In this document: positions 28,801-38,937 of the stretch, one piece after another | How positions within the stretch are numbered: position 1 is the first letter of the stretch | How the letters are laid out: every line of letters starts with the position of its first letter | Source: an uncultured bacterium | Lineage (GTDB): Bacteria; Eisenbacteria; RBG-16-71-46; CAZAMP01 | NCBI GenBank assembly: GCA_964486455.1 | Contig: CAZAMP010000006.1 | Location: 32,949-96,948, forward strand | DNA: 64,000 nucleotides | Direction: 5' to 3' | Notes under the pieces: generated by a model | Database searches by the model: none | What the model saw: only the letters and a program-made list of their open reading frames with translations | What the model was told of the DNA's origin: nothing | Program-made: the position numbers and the translations under genes

Positions 28801-29954
28801 TCCGTCAGGTCGACGTCGCGCACCCGGATGTCCGCCTCATAGCGTCTTGGCTCGACGAGCTCGAACCGGGCTGATCCCGTAATGCGCTGAGGCCCCGAAC
28901 GAAGGTCCGCCCGAGACATCCGAAACTCGCGCGAATTGAGGGTTCCCGCACCCGCCAGGCGCTCGATCGGATCGCCCGAGAGGACACCGGCAAGGTCCCA
29001 TTCGAGGCGGAATCCGTCATCGACCTGCTGCACGCGAGCGCCGCCGCTGAGCCGCCCATCTCCCAAGATCCCCGACAGGTCCACGATCGGCCACACATCC
29101 GACGTCTCGAGCACCGGGAGGTCGAGATCGAAAACGAGCACGGGCGGCCCTTCGACCGACACGACGCCCTCCCCCACGAAGCGCGTGCCTCCGAACCGTC
29201 CCCCCAGTTGGCCGAAGAAGATCCGCCCCTCGCGCAACGTTGCGACCGCGCCCACCGAGTCGACAGAGACCGATGCGACCGGAACGCGACCCCAGACCCG
29301 CTCGGCTACGAGATGTGGGGCGCCCGCGTCCAGCGTCAGGTGTCCCTGAAACGAGAGATCGTCGACGATCGCCTGCGGCACTCCATCGGCATCCTCCAAC
29401 GAGAGGTCGAGATCTTTGATGCTCAGCCGATCGATCACATAGCGACGATCCGACCGAGTGCCGGACTCGCTCTCTCCGGCACGCCACGGCACGATGATCT
29501 GTCCGCCGCTATCCCTCGCCAATGCCACCCGCGGCCGCGTGACCTCCAGCAGATCGAGAGAGATACGCCCCCGAATGATGTCCAGCAGAGGATATCGGAT
29601 CTGGATGCTCTCGCAGGCCAACAGGGTGTCACCGTCGTCGCTCCCGATCGAGATGTCCTCCAGGATAATCGTCTCGAACGGACTGCCCATGATGTCTCGG
29701 ATCATCACGCGGTAGCCGTCGTCCATCAGGCGTTCGTTGAGCGTTCGGGAGATGTAGCGGGCCACAAGCGGGCTCTTCGCGATCCAGAGCACGGTGCCGC
29801 CGATGAGCACGAGCAGAATCAGGAGACCGAGTACCCCGAGTGACAAACGGAGGAATCGCAGCACAAAGAGCGGTGTGATCCTGCCGCCCGCCGGCCTCTT
29901 TTCGTCGCCTTTTCCCACTAGAACGCGTGCCCCAGGCTGAAGTGCAGTTCCCAC
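25884..29954 (-). CDS. tamB: Translocation and assembly module protein TamB-like (DUF490), 1356 aa
   Basis: N-terminal TM anchor, very long beta-rich periplasmic region, C-terminus ending ...LDFRLKFEY. Immediately downstream of an Omp85 gene. Confidence 0.7.
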   Translation of the reverse strand: MGTALQPGARVLVGKGDEKRPAGGRITPLFVLRFLRLSLGVLGLLILLVLIGGTVLWIAKSPLVARYISRTLNERLMDDGYRVMIRDIMGSPFETIILEDISIGSDDGDTLLACESIQIRYPLLDIIRGRISLDLLEVTRPRVALARDSGGQIIVPWRAGESESGTRSDRRYVIDRLSIKDLDLSLEDADGVPQAIVDDLSFQGHLTLDAGAPHLVAERVWGRVPVASVSVDSVGAVATLREGRIFFGQLGGRFGGTRFVGEGVVSVEGPPVLVFDLDLPVLETSDVWPIVDLSGILGDGRLSGGARVQQVDDGFRLEWDLAGVLSGDPIERLAGAGTLNSREFRMSRADLRSGPQRITGSARFELVEPRRYEADIRVRDVDLTDVPVHEELVALHPHRISGRIRLEGNDYERLFPSMVIRGELGPSTYATVPFDSLFTLITLIPGDIVRVHDSVAFLGGGVVYGKAEILPEKHVEASVTGKAVPIERFVSLHGVNDLAGLAEIDAQIEGDILSPDFTGIGRIKDLSVGDLDVARIEVDTLSGVLDPFSISLSATGEEAVFSGRRFATMHVTGTFDDTLAVDRFTATGGDTAIVASGTIWADPPWTRGRIETLEAELPIGPITLQAPMPVARRDDGLATMGPGSFLLAGGRLDVSLDTDPGGKLPQWRLIGEEIPIFDLISLPLDDVPTGAICDVDVEYQDHPEWPWLVGSGHVRGVRLGDITADSLRVHVAAGGDSIVLSELRLDIGPGSTDVVARVSGADSPLKTLTAPGGWAGFVESNRRVELDLEAQALDMGLAQKIRALLNHGDEQPEDERTAILPEARFAESQDFLESLGGRLSATLKVVGSLDRPEVRLDAFADSVKIRGQELDRLELEAVYRDSLLTLSRCDAVAEGHVAQVTGLFPCRVEIGEPAIEPIEKEMQFSVDLAETPLSLLSAMIPDFIVTSGRFTGRGGVSGTPSDPVLIGDFTLNDGEFRWAGRHETFQNAVARLHLRERGILLTEFTADQRGSSSGKIRCTGHWEGSAEYRFQVSLKDCRFFEGGIITGVVDGNLNVSPDSVTVGQTMPRIDGLLDFKFGEIYGWGTSRPERGPEERDALYDVTLDVGRINVRTSDVQTSTNFVIGDGDLTVRNYPEDLLVGGSLQILEGTWTVLNNRFRITHGVLTFPQVPGVNPDLDIVAETPISGPYARERGYEGADARIILTIGGNLQSPTFNWSTEPMALELSQDEILSYLAYGRYAAGSGAESGAAQWTAPTTEFVMDLFVQEIAGLVPGVERVEVRTREETPQVYLVKVLTDELTIGYTTEVSLSPDQELSLEARLSNIFFLRGSVIREQLGNTGEVGERYNLDFRLKFEY

Positions 29955-31909
29955 CTGCGGGCGTACTCGCGCCTCGCGGCGCCGAGCTTGTGCCCGTAGT
30001 CGACACGAAACGGACCTACCGGTGTCTGGAATCGAATTCCGAGACCGGTCGTATAGCGGACGTCCATCCGCGAGTAGCTTCCCTCAAACTCACCGACGAG
30101 CCTCGAAAGCTTCAGCTCTCGCGGATCGGCCCAGATGTTGCCGGCGTCGACAAACACACCGCCCGCCAGCTTCCAGATGAGCGGAAAGCGATACTCGATG
30201 TTCCCCAGGAAGTGGACCCGCCCGCCCATCGACAGGCCACCTTCATCGAGCGGCCCCAGCTGTTCCTTTCGATAGCCCCGGAGCGTCGTGGCGCCACCGA
30301 TGAAGAAGCGATCGTTGTATGGAATCTCCACGAGTGACGCCACCCCCTCCCCGACCCCTTCGGACCGCAGTGGATGAATGTATCCTCCCTGGATCCGAAA
30401 CGCCAAGACGCGCTGCCGGTAGGGGCGCTTAGAACGGGCGTGTGAGGTGGAGAGCAGGGTCTTGGCGAAACTGAAGTCACCGTTCGGCGGACCCGCGTAT
30501 TCCAGGGTCCAGCGCTGGAACGAGCCGCGCGTCGGATCCAGGATGTTGTTCCGCGTATCCCGCTCCGTGCGGAAGCGCGTGGCGAGCGTCACGTAGTCCT
30601 GAGATCGAAGCGTGGAGTCGGTGCTGCCGACCCACTCGTTCTCCAGCGTCAGAAAGACATTCACCCACCGGCCAAGCTCACGCTGAAACGTGGATCGGAT
30701 ACCATTCGTCCGGGTCTGGACAGCCGACGGCTGGCGCTCGAACTCATGATAGATCCCGAAGCTCGCCTCCGTACGCGTCCCCAGGAACCACGGCTCGACC
30801 CATGTAGCGTGCGCGCTTGCCTCCCCCAGATCTTTGTTCGCACCCTCGGTGAAGAGCGAGTCGACTTCCCATCCGATGCCGCCGTCGATCCGAACACGGC
30901 GGGTCGTTCCCATGATGTTTCGCTGCCCCCACTCACCCGACAGTGTCGCGCGCTCGTCGGAGGAGAAACCCAGACCGAACCCGTACCAGCCGTGCTTGCG
31001 CTCGCGGACCTCGATCGTGAGATCCACGAGCCCTTTCGACGAGTCGGCCACCTCCTGCACGAAATGGACATGGGAGAAAAGACCGAGCTTTCCGAGACGC
31101 TCCTGGCTACGCAGCAGCTGCGAGCGGCTCATCAGCTCGCCGTATCGGAGAGTGAGCTCGCGCGTGATGAAATGCCGCTGTGTGGTCGCGTTCCCACGCG
31201 TCCGTACCCATTGCAGTCTCGCCGGCACGCCCTCTCGGAGCTCGTAGACGACGTCCGCAGAGTGATCGTCAAGCTGATACCAACCGGCGCACGCCGCGTA
31301 GAGATATCCGCGCTCCTGGTACTCGAGGAGGATCCGCTGCCGGTCGCCGTCCAGGACGAACGGGCTGAGCGGTGCCCCGGGCGCCAACCGAATCTTCTGA
31401 CTTAGCTCATGCTCGGGAATCGCCCTAACGCCCTCGAACCGGACGGAGCGCACGCGCGTAACGGGACCTTCCTCGACCCGGACCACGAGCCCGACGGTTC
31501 CCCGCTTCTCGTTGATCGCTTCGTGCCAATCCACCACCCGGAAGTCGAGATAGCCATGGTCCTCGTAGAAATCGGCGATTTCAAGCAGGTCCTTCTCGAG
31601 AAGATCCTTGAAATAGTAGCTGCGGCGGAAAGGGTGCGTGAGATCGGGGGGGGTAAGCTCCATCAGCGACGCCAGACGGCCGTCGCTGAACGCAACGTTC
31701 CCTTCGAATTCGATGCTGCGAACCCAGGGGAGATCGCTTCTGATGTCACCGTTCGAGAGACGCCCCCCGCAACCGGCGAGAAGAACGAGCACGGCCGCGA
31801 GTACAACCCGCGTCCATCGCCCGCGCGCCGATACACGGATCGACGCGCCTGGCGGAAGCTCCTCTTTCGGCTCTCGCTTACTCGCCGGACTCAGATTCAA
31901 TAGGGGCAT
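29918..31909 (-). CDS. Omp85-family outer-membrane protein (BamA/TamA-like) with POTRA domains and a C-terminal beta-barrel ending in Phe
   Basis: Signal/lipo-like N-terminus (RWTRVVLAAVLVLLAGCGG), POTRA-like repeats, barrel ending ...LHFSLGHAF. Start uncertain: the track ORF to 32005 overlaps rseP, an internal ATG lies at 31909, and a GTG at 31837 is also possible. Confidence 0.75.
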   Translation of the reverse strand: MPLLNLSPASKREPKEELPPGASIRVSARGRWTRVVLAAVLVLLAGCGGRLSNGDIRSDLPWVRSIEFEGNVAFSDGRLASLMELTPPDLTHPFRRSYYFKDLLEKDLLEIADFYEDHGYLDFRVVDWHEAINEKRGTVGLVVRVEEGPVTRVRSVRFEGVRAIPEHELSQKIRLAPGAPLSPFVLDGDRQRILLEYQERGYLYAACAGWYQLDDHSADVVYELREGVPARLQWVRTRGNATTQRHFITRELTLRYGELMSRSQLLRSQERLGKLGLFSHVHFVQEVADSSKGLVDLTIEVRERKHGWYGFGLGFSSDERATLSGEWGQRNIMGTTRRVRIDGGIGWEVDSLFTEGANKDLGEASAHATWVEPWFLGTRTEASFGIYHEFERQPSAVQTRTNGIRSTFQRELGRWVNVFLTLENEWVGSTDSTLRSQDYVTLATRFRTERDTRNNILDPTRGSFQRWTLEYAGPPNGDFSFAKTLLSTSHARSKRPYRQRVLAFRIQGGYIHPLRSEGVGEGVASLVEIPYNDRFFIGGATTLRGYRKEQLGPLDEGGLSMGGRVHFLGNIEYRFPLIWKLAGGVFVDAGNIWADPRELKLSRLVGEFEGSYSRMDVRYTTGLGIRFQTPVGPFRVDYGHKLGAARREYARRWELHFSLGHAF

Positions 31910-33227
31910 CGGTGACGGACTCCGCGGGCGCGGTCTGTCGGTCGGCCCGACTTCTGTGGAACTCCCTGAATATGTCCTTTGCCGAGACAAAGACCATGAG
32001 CGCAATGAGAAAGACCGCGCCGGCCCGCCAGATGATCCCCAGCTCCCTCTGTCCGAGCGGCCTCCCGCGAATCGCTTCGATCACCGCGTTGAGGACATGC
32101 CCGCCGTCGAGAACCGGGATGGGCAACAGGTTCATGACCATCAGCGCGATCGAGACGAAGATCAGCCAGTTCAAGAGATCCGTCCGCCCCCGCCCGGCTT
32201 CTTCCGCGGACATCTTCACGAGCCCGATCGGACCGACGAGGTTGTCTCCGATCTCGGCCGGCTTGCCGAAGAGCCCGATGAGCCCCGTCACGAAGCTCCG
32301 GCACATTTCGAGGGAATAGGTCACCCCGAGCTGAACCGATTCGCCGATGCCGAAGTGCCGGACGTACGTTCCATAGGAGACGCTCCGGATGCCGATCAGG
32401 CCCTCACCGGCCTGCTCTACCGGGACGAGCTCGCGCTCGAAACGTCGTCCTTCGCGCTCGATCAGCAGCGTAATCGTCTCACCCCCTCGGTCGATGATGT
32501 TTGTTCGGAGATCGGACCACGCCCGGATGACCGCTCCGTCGACGGCGAGGATACGATCCCCCTTTTGCAGGCCCTCCGCGTATGCGGGCAGACCGACGGT
32601 GAGTGACCCGATGATCGCGGGCACGTCGGGGACGAGCGTGCTCAGGAGCGGCTCGATCGCCGATGCCGGGATCTCGATCTCACGCCGGCCCACCTCGGAG
32701 GTGAGCGCGACGGCGACCGCGTCGGGCTCGTCGGCATGTTCGCTCAGCGTGACCACAACCTCGCGCCAGTTGGCCGTCGGCTCGCCGGCGATGCTGACGA
32801 TCTCCTCCCCCTGCCGAAGGCCCAACGAATCGGCCACCGAGCCGCTATCGACGGGCCCCACGGCGTTCGGCTGGAGCGGATACTGGAACCCGAATGCGAA
32901 CATCAGAATGCCACAGACTATCGCCATCACGAAGTTCGCGCCCGGCCCGGCAACGGCGATGATGACGCGCTGCCACCAGGACTTGGAGAGAAACTCGTAC
33001 GGTTCACCCTCGAGTTCCTCCTCGATGTTGTCGCCCGCCATCTTCACGTACCCACCGAGCGGAAGAAGGGCCACACGGTAATCCGTGTGCCCGCGGCGGA
33101 CACCAAACAAACGACGTCCGAAGCCGAGGCTGAAAACGTGGACTCGAACACCGACCATGCGGGCCGCGATGAAGTGACCCAGCTCGTGAACGAATATGAT
33201 GATGCCGAGGACGGGGATCCCCAGCAC
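31878..33227 (-). CDS. rseP: RIP zinc metalloprotease (site-2 protease) RseP
   Basis: HELGH motif within TM1 (GIPVLGIIIFVHELGHFIAARMVG) and PDZ region. Start set to in-frame GTG 33227, giving 450 aa and avoiding overlap with dxr. Confidence 0.85.
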   Translation of the reverse strand: MLGIPVLGIIIFVHELGHFIAARMVGVRVHVFSLGFGRRLFGVRRGHTDYRVALLPLGGYVKMAGDNIEEELEGEPYEFLSKSWWQRVIIAVAGPGANFVMAIVCGILMFAFGFQYPLQPNAVGPVDSGSVADSLGLRQGEEIVSIAGEPTANWREVVVTLSEHADEPDAVAVALTSEVGRREIEIPASAIEPLLSTLVPDVPAIIGSLTVGLPAYAEGLQKGDRILAVDGAVIRAWSDLRTNIIDRGGETITLLIEREGRRFERELVPVEQAGEGLIGIRSVSYGTYVRHFGIGESVQLGVTYSLEMCRSFVTGLIGLFGKPAEIGDNLVGPIGLVKMSAEEAGRGRTDLLNWLIFVSIALMVMNLLPIPVLDGGHVLNAVIEAIRGRPLGQRELGIIWRAGAVFLIALMVFVSAKDIFREFHRSRADRQTAPAESVTDAPIESESGE

Positions 33228-33235
33228 GATGAACT

Positions 33236-34426
33236 TTATGAAGTCGGGCAAGTCTGACCTTCCTTCCCGTATCCGCGCGCGAGGGTCAACGCTTTGTCTC
33301 TTGCCCACGCGTCCGCGGTGAGTATCTGTTTCACGTCTTCCGCCGGCCGGGGTTCGTGCGCGGCCATCGTCTCCGAAATGACGCGCGGGATCTCGGTGAA
33401 TCGGATCCGCCCGTCCAGGTAGGCGGATACCGCGACCTCATCGGCGGCGTTCAGCGCCGCCGGCATTGTGCCACCGCGAGCCAGCGCCTCCAGCGCGAGC
33501 CCGAGACATGGAAATCGCTCGTGATCCGGCTCTTCGAACTCGACAGAGCCGACCGCCGCGAGATCCAGCGACTCGAACCGACCGGTCGGCGGCTCGGGCC
33601 ACGAGATAACATACTCGATCGGTAGCCGCATGTCGGGCGGCCCCAAGTGCGCGAGCAGTGATCCGTCGGACAGCACCGCGGCCGCGTGGACGATAGACTG
33701 CGGGTGGACGACGACACGGATACGCTCCGGTGGCATGTCGAAAAGCCAGTGGGCCTCGATGACCTCGAACCCCTTGTTCATCAGCGTCGCGCTATCGACA
33801 GTGATGCGGGGGCCCATATTCCACGTGGGATGCCGTAGTGCCTCTTCGGCCGGCAGTCGATCGACTTCCTCGAGCGAGCGGGTCCGAAACGGACCGCCTG
33901 ACGCGGTCAGAATGATGTGCCGAACGGCCTCCGCCGGCCTACCCTGCAAACACTGAAAAAGCGAACAATGTTCCGAGTCGATGGGAAGAAGGGTCGCGCC
34001 CGTGGAGCGCGCCGTCCGCTTGACGAGCGCCCCGGCGGTGACAAGTGATTCCTTGTTGGCCAATCCCAGCGTGTGCCCCGCCTCGAGTGCCGCGATCGTG
34101 GGGAGAAGACCTGCGCTACCGACGATCCCGTTGAGGATCAGGTCCGCGTCCGCCGATCGCGCGAGCGCAGAGACGCCGTCCGCGCCGTCCAGCACCCGAA
34201 CGCCGGTCCCGCGAAGGGCTTCGGAGGCCCGGTCGGCCGCCGCCGGATCGGAGAGCGCCACCGTGTCCGGTTCGAATTCGCGCGAGGCCCGAACCAGCGC
34301 ATCGACGTTGGCATCACACGCCAGACCCACGACGCGGATATCCTCGCGATGCCGGATCACATCCAGCGCACTCGCGCCGATCGATCCCGTCGCACCCAGA
34401 ATCACAAGTTTCTTCTTCGGCTCCAT
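33236..34426 (-). CDS. dxr: 1-deoxy-D-xylulose 5-phosphate reductoisomerase
   Basis: KKLVILGATGSIGASALDVIRHREDIRVVGLA. Start set at MEPKKK (ATG 34426), giving 397 aa. Confidence 0.9.
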   Translation of the reverse strand: MEPKKKLVILGATGSIGASALDVIRHREDIRVVGLACDANVDALVRASREFEPDTVALSDPAAADRASEALRGTGVRVLDGADGVSALARSADADLILNGIVGSAGLLPTIAALEAGHTLGLANKESLVTAGALVKRTARSTGATLLPIDSEHCSLFQCLQGRPAEAVRHIILTASGGPFRTRSLEEVDRLPAEEALRHPTWNMGPRITVDSATLMNKGFEVIEAHWLFDMPPERIRVVVHPQSIVHAAAVLSDGSLLAHLGPPDMRLPIEYVISWPEPPTGRFESLDLAAVGSVEFEEPDHERFPCLGLALEALARGGTMPAALNAADEVAVSAYLDGRIRFTEIPRVISETMAAHEPRPAEDVKQILTADAWARDKALTLARGYGKEGQTCPTS

Positions 34427-34499
34427 CTTCCCCACTTTGCATCGGCTTGGGACGCTCCCCGCATCATACACCGGGGGCGGCGTCCTCCAAACACGCCCT

Positions 34500-35297
34500 C
34501 TAGTCTGCCGCGGCGAAGAGTCGCAGGACGTAGAAGGCCGCCGGCGCCATGAGCAGCATGCTGTCGAAACGATCCAGGACCCCCCCATGCCCCGGGAGCA
34601 GCAGGGACGAATCCTTCAGACCGGCGCGGCGCTTGATCGCCGATTCGAACAGATCGGCGGCCGGACAGAGCAACCCAGCGATGATCCCCATCCCGAGCGC
34701 CGACCAGGTCGTAAGAAACGGCGCGAACCAAACTCGAGCGAGAAACGCGGCGCCGACCGCGGCCACGAATCCACCCAGCGCACCCTCCAGGCTCTTCTTG
34801 GGGCTGAGCTCCGGCCACGGCCGCCGGCGGCCGAAGAGCCTGCCGACGGTGTAGGCGCCCGTGTCACAGCACCACGTCAACGCGAACACCAAAAACACGC
34901 CGGCGGGGCCGCCGTCTCCGGCCACTCCCGCGTCGCGCAGGAGAATCAGATGGCTGAACAGGAATGGGACGTACACGTATCCGAAGAGAGCGCCCGCCGC
35001 GAACCGGACCCGCCCGTCCGCCGCACGCCGACGGAGGGCGAGGAGCATCGTCACCGCGATGAACGCGGCCAGCAGCGGTCCCGCTGCTGCGACACCCCAT
35101 AGATGGAATCCGACCGATGTCGCGAGTCCCGAAATGATGAGCCAGAGACGAGAGGTCGTGAGCCCCACGCGGCCGGCCAGTCGAGCGAACTCGTGGAGGC
35201 CCAGCGCGATCGCCGCCGCAACGAGGCCTGTGAATACCCAACCGCCAAACCAAGCCGCGGCGAGCAGAAGGGGAACGCCGAGGATCCCGGTCGTCAT
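34500..35297 (-). CDS. cdsA: Phosphatidate cytidylyltransferase
   Basis: C-terminal signature ESAIKRRAGLKDSSLLLPGHGGVLDRFDS. Start set at internal MTTGILGVPLLL (ATG 35297). The track ORF is extended by 98 aa. Confidence 0.85.
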   Translation of the reverse strand: MTTGILGVPLLLAAAWFGGWVFTGLVAAAIALGLHEFARLAGRVGLTTSRLWLIISGLATSVGFHLWGVAAAGPLLAAFIAVTMLLALRRRAADGRVRFAAGALFGYVYVPFLFSHLILLRDAGVAGDGGPAGVFLVFALTWCCDTGAYTVGRLFGRRRPWPELSPKKSLEGALGGFVAAVGAAFLARVWFAPFLTTWSALGMGIIAGLLCPAADLFESAIKRRAGLKDSSLLLPGHGGVLDRFDSMLLMAPAAFYVLRLFAAAD

Positions 35298-35364
35298 CCG
35301 TCGACCGAGCGACGCGCCCGCGGACGTGCGGCCGCCGTCGGTGGCGTGAGGAGGCTCAGGAACG

Positions 35365-36150
35365 TCAGTCGACGCGCCCAAAGCGCCTTTCCCTTCCCTG
35401 ATAGTCGCGAATGGCTGCGTAGAAATGCGCGCGTCTGATGTCCGGCCAGAGTACGTCGGTGACGTAGATCTCCGAGTAGGCCAGCCCCCACAGCAGGAAG
35501 TTCGAGATCCGCATCTCACCGCTCGTGCGGATGAGCAAGTCCGGAGGAGGGAGCTCGGCCGCGTACAGGTGGGATTGCACCACGTCTTCATCGATCGCGT
35601 CGGGGGCGAGCCTGCCCGCCAGTAGCTCCTTCGCGATGCCCTTCATCGCGTCCACGATCTCCGCGCGCCCGCCATACGAGATCGCCAGCGTCAGCACAAG
35701 CCCGGTGCTGCCTGACAGGAAGTCGATCGTCGACTCGAGCTCGTCTCGGACGGATGCCGGAAGATCTCCGATCCGCCCAATGGTGCTCAGCCGAACGTTG
35801 TTTCGCGCAAGCTCGTCACGCTCTTCCTTGAGCGTGTCCTTGAGAAAGCGCATCAGGGCATCGACTTCGGCCTTGGGTCTATTCCAGTTCTCGATCGAGA
35901 ACGTATAGAGGGTGAGCGCTTCGAGCTCGAGTTGAGCGGCGGCCTCGACCACTTCCCGAACGGCTTTTCGCGCGGCGTGGTGGCCCTGGATGCGGACGAG
36001 CCCTTTGCGGCGCGCCCAGCGCCCGTTTCCGTCCATGATGACAGCTACGTGTCGGGGCAGATTCCCGGCCGCGACAACTTCGGCTTTTAGCTCTTCGACG
36101 GCTTCGGCGTCGAGACGGCCGACGTCCGTGGAGCGGGTATCCACGCTCAA
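35365..36150 (-). CDS. uppS: Undecaprenyl-diphosphate synthase (isoprenyl transferase)
   Basis: HVAVIMDGNGRWARRKG...LTLYTFSIENWNRP motifs. Confidence 0.9.
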   Translation of the reverse strand: MSVDTRSTDVGRLDAEAVEELKAEVVAAGNLPRHVAVIMDGNGRWARRKGLVRIQGHHAARKAVREVVEAAAQLELEALTLYTFSIENWNRPKAEVDALMRFLKDTLKEERDELARNNVRLSTIGRIGDLPASVRDELESTIDFLSGSTGLVLTLAISYGGRAEIVDAMKGIAKELLAGRLAPDAIDEDVVQSHLYAAELPPPDLLIRTSGEMRISNFLLWGLAYSEIYVTDVLWPDIRRAHFYAAIRDYQGRERRFGRVD

Positions 36151-36152
36151 GT

Positions 36153-36713
36153 TTAGATCTCCAGGATGTCGCTTTCTTTTTGCTTCAAGGCGTCATCCAG
36201 TTTGCCGATATAGTCGTCGGTCAGCTTCTGCACTTCGTCGATGTGGCGATGGCAGTCATCTTCGGAGAGGTCTTTCGCGTTCTCGAGCTTCTTCAGGTGA
36301 TCGTTCGCCTCGCGGCGGATCTGACGAATGGCGACGCGGGCCGACTCCCCGGTCTTCTTGACCTGCTTCACGAGGTCTTTCCGCCGCTCCTCCGTCAACG
36401 GAGGCACGGGCACGCGGACGACCGTTCCGTCATCGGTCGGGTTGAGCCCGAGGTCGGCGGCCATGATTGCTTTCGAGACCACGGAGACCATCGGCTTCTC
36501 CCAGGGCTGGATCACGATCAGCCGCGGCTCCGGTACGTTGATGGAGGCAACCTGCTGGAGAGGGACCATCGACCCGTAGTAGTCGACGCGGACAGAATCC
36601 AGAAGCGACGCCGACGCGCGGCCGGCGCGAATCGAAGCCAGCTCGCGTCCCATGGCTTCGAGAGATTTCGTCATCTTCGTCAGGGCCTCACCCATCACAC
36701 CATTTGCATCCAT
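36153..36713 (-). CDS. frr: Ribosome recycling factor
   Basis: ...RVPVPPLTEERRKDLVKQVK... characteristic of RRF. Start set at MDANG (ATG 36713), giving 186 aa. Confidence 0.9.
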   Translation of the reverse strand: MDANGVMGEALTKMTKSLEAMGRELASIRAGRASASLLDSVRVDYYGSMVPLQQVASINVPEPRLIVIQPWEKPMVSVVSKAIMAADLGLNPTDDGTVVRVPVPPLTEERRKDLVKQVKKTGESARVAIRQIRREANDHLKKLENAKDLSEDDCHRHIDEVQKLTDDYIGKLDDALKQKESDILEI

Positions 36714-36726
36714 ACTCGAGACCTCC

Positions 36727-37476
36727 TCAGGATTCGTCACTCGTCACGTTGGAGACGTCCCCCACGTAGGTGCAGACCGCATCCCCCGTGACGACGCGCC
36801 GCAGCTCGCCGGGCTCCGTCAGCTTGAACACGACTATGGGAAGCTGATTCTCCATGCACAGGGCGACGGCGGTGGAGTCCATGACCCGCAAACCGCTCTC
36901 GAGGACCTGCCTGAAGGACATGCGATCGTAACGTACGGCGTCCGGGACCTTGAGCGGATCGGCGCTATAGACGCCGTCGACCTTGGTGCCCTTGAGAAGA
37001 ACATCGGCCCCTAGCTCGATCGCCCGTTGAGACGCGGCGGTGTCCGTCGTGAAGTACGGAAGTCCCGTTCCCGCGGCGGACAGCACGATCCGACCCTTTT
37101 CGAGGTGTCGGAGCGCCCGCCGGCGGATGTAGGGCTCGCAGACCTGCTCCATGTGGATCGCGGAGAGAACGCGGGTCTGGCGACCCAGGTTTTCGAGGCG
37201 ATCCTGAAGCGCCAGACAATTGATGACCGTCGCGATCATCCCCATGTTGTCGCCGGTCACGCGATCGACGCCGCGTTCGGAGAGCGCTTCGCCGCGGAAG
37301 ATGTTGCCACCCCCCACAACGATGACAATTTGGATTCCCAGGCTGGAAACTGCGGCGATCTCTTCGGCGAGAGATTCCACGACGGTCGGATCGATCCCCG
37401 ATTGGTGGTTACCCGAGAGGACCTCACCGCTAGTCTTCAGAAGGATTCGACGGTACTTGGGTTGCTTCACCGACAC
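36727..37476 (-). CDS. pyrH: UMP kinase
   Basis: [22 protein letters not shown]... amino-acid-kinase fold. 249 aa. Confidence 0.9.
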   Translation of the reverse strand: MSVKQPKYRRILLKTSGEVLSGNHQSGIDPTVVESLAEEIAAVSSLGIQIVIVVGGGNIFRGEALSERGVDRVTGDNMGMIATVINCLALQDRLENLGRQTRVLSAIHMEQVCEPYIRRRALRHLEKGRIVLSAAGTGLPYFTTDTAASQRAIELGADVLLKGTKVDGVYSADPLKVPDAVRYDRMSFRQVLESGLRVMDSTAVALCMENQLPIVVFKLTEPGELRRVVTGDAVCTYVGDVSNVTSDES

Positions 37477-37491
37477 TCCTCCTGTGAGATA

Positions 37492-38085
37492 CTACTTGCC
37501 CAACTCGAACCGCGCAAACCGACGCACTCGGATGTTCTCTCCGATCTTGGCGATCGCCGCGTTCAGGTACTCGCCGATGGTGACGTCCGTGTCTCGCACA
37601 TACGGCTGCTCGAGCAGGCAGACCTCCGAATAGAACTTCTTTATCTGTCCATCCACGATCTTGTCGATCACTTGCTCCGGCTTACCGGAGTCGACCGCGC
37701 GCTGATGAAAGATCTCACGCTCGCCTTCGACACGCTCCGGCGAGAGGTCCTCCGCTTGGACGACCTCGGGGCTCGCGGCCGCGATGTGCATGGAGATGTT
37801 CTTCACCAGCTCTTCGAAATCGTCGGTCTTCGCCACAAAATCGGTCTCGCAGTTCACCTCGATCATCACGCCGATCTTCCAGCCGGGATGCACGTACGTC
37901 GACACGCGCCCTTCACTGGTTTCGCGCTCGGCGCGCTTGGCGGCTTTCGCGATGCCTTTCTTCCGTAGGCTGGTGATCGCGGCGTCCATGTCACCGCTCG
38001 TTTCCTCGAGCGCGCGCTTGCAGTCCATCATACCGGCCCCGGTTCTCTGCCGGAGCTCCTTAACGAGTGAAGCCACAATGCTCAT
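37492..38085 (-). CDS. tsf: Translation elongation factor Ts
   Basis: MSIVASLVKELRQRTGAGMMDCKRALEE... Start set at ATG 38085 (about 198 aa). Confidence 0.9.
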   Translation of the reverse strand: MSIVASLVKELRQRTGAGMMDCKRALEETSGDMDAAITSLRKKGIAKAAKRAERETSEGRVSTYVHPGWKIGVMIEVNCETDFVAKTDDFEELVKNISMHIAAASPEVVQAEDLSPERVEGEREIFHQRAVDSGKPEQVIDKIVDGQIKKFYSEVCLLEQPYVRDTDVTIGEYLNAAIAKIGENIRVRRFARFELGK

Positions 38086-38169
38086 CTGACCTGACTCCTT
38101 TGGGATTTCCACCGTGTGCTGAGCAAGGAAATGAATCCGATGGTTTCATCAGACGACATCCGCCGCGGA

Positions 38170-38937
38170 TCAACTGGACGCGGGCTGCTCTCCGGCGCCG
38201 GCGGCGGCCATGGGCGTCTCGGGCTTCTTCTCCTCAGGCACGTTCGGCTTCTGCCCGCGCGCCGCCGCTTCCCGAGCGACGTCACTGACCGCATGCGTCA
38301 GGAGCCGGATGGACCGGATGGCGTCATCGTTGCCCGGAATAGGAAGAGAGATGAGATCCGGATCACTGTTCGTGTCCACGATCCCGACGACCGGGATGCC
38401 GAGTCGATTGGCTTCCGCAACGGCGATACGCTCCTTACGCGTGTCCACGACGAAGACGATGCCCGGCAGAGCATTCATCTTCCGGATCCCCGAGAAGATC
38501 TTGTTGAGCTTCTCGCGCTCCTTGTGCATCCGAACCTGTTCCTTCTTGGGCCGACCCTCGAACTCACCAGACTCGAACCCGCTGTCCAGATCGTCGAGCC
38601 GCTGGATACTGCTCCGGATGGTTCTGAAGTTCGTGAGCATGCCGCCGAGCCAGCGCTCGGTCACGTAGTACATTTCGCAGTGTGCCGCTTCTTCGCGGAT
38701 GATGCTCTTCGCCTGCCGCTTCGTACCCACGAAAAGGACCGACTTCCCCGAGGCTACGACGTTCCGTAGGGTGGTTAGGGTGGTTTCGAGGGCGGCTAGC
38801 GTGCGCTGAAGGTTGATGATGTGGATGCCGTTTCGCTGGCCGAAGATGTAGCGTCGCATCTTCGGATTCCAGCGGTCCGTCTGATGACCGAAATGGACTC
38901 CGGCCCCCAGAAGGTCCTGAAGGGTGACCTTCGACAT
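38170..38937 (-). CDS. rpsB: 30S ribosomal protein S2
   Basis: [35 protein letters not shown]. Start set at MSKVTL (ATG 38937). Confidence 0.92.
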   Translation of the reverse strand: MSKVTLQDLLGAGVHFGHQTDRWNPKMRRYIFGQRNGIHIINLQRTLAALETTLTTLRNVVASGKSVLFVGTKRQAKSIIREEAAHCEMYYVTERWLGGMLTNFRTIRSSIQRLDDLDSGFESGEFEGRPKKEQVRMHKEREKLNKIFSGIRKMNALPGIVFVVDTRKERIAVAEANRLGIPVVGIVDTNSDPDLISLPIPGNDDAIRSIRLLTHAVSDVAREAAARGQKPNVPEEKKPETPMAAAGAGEQPASS

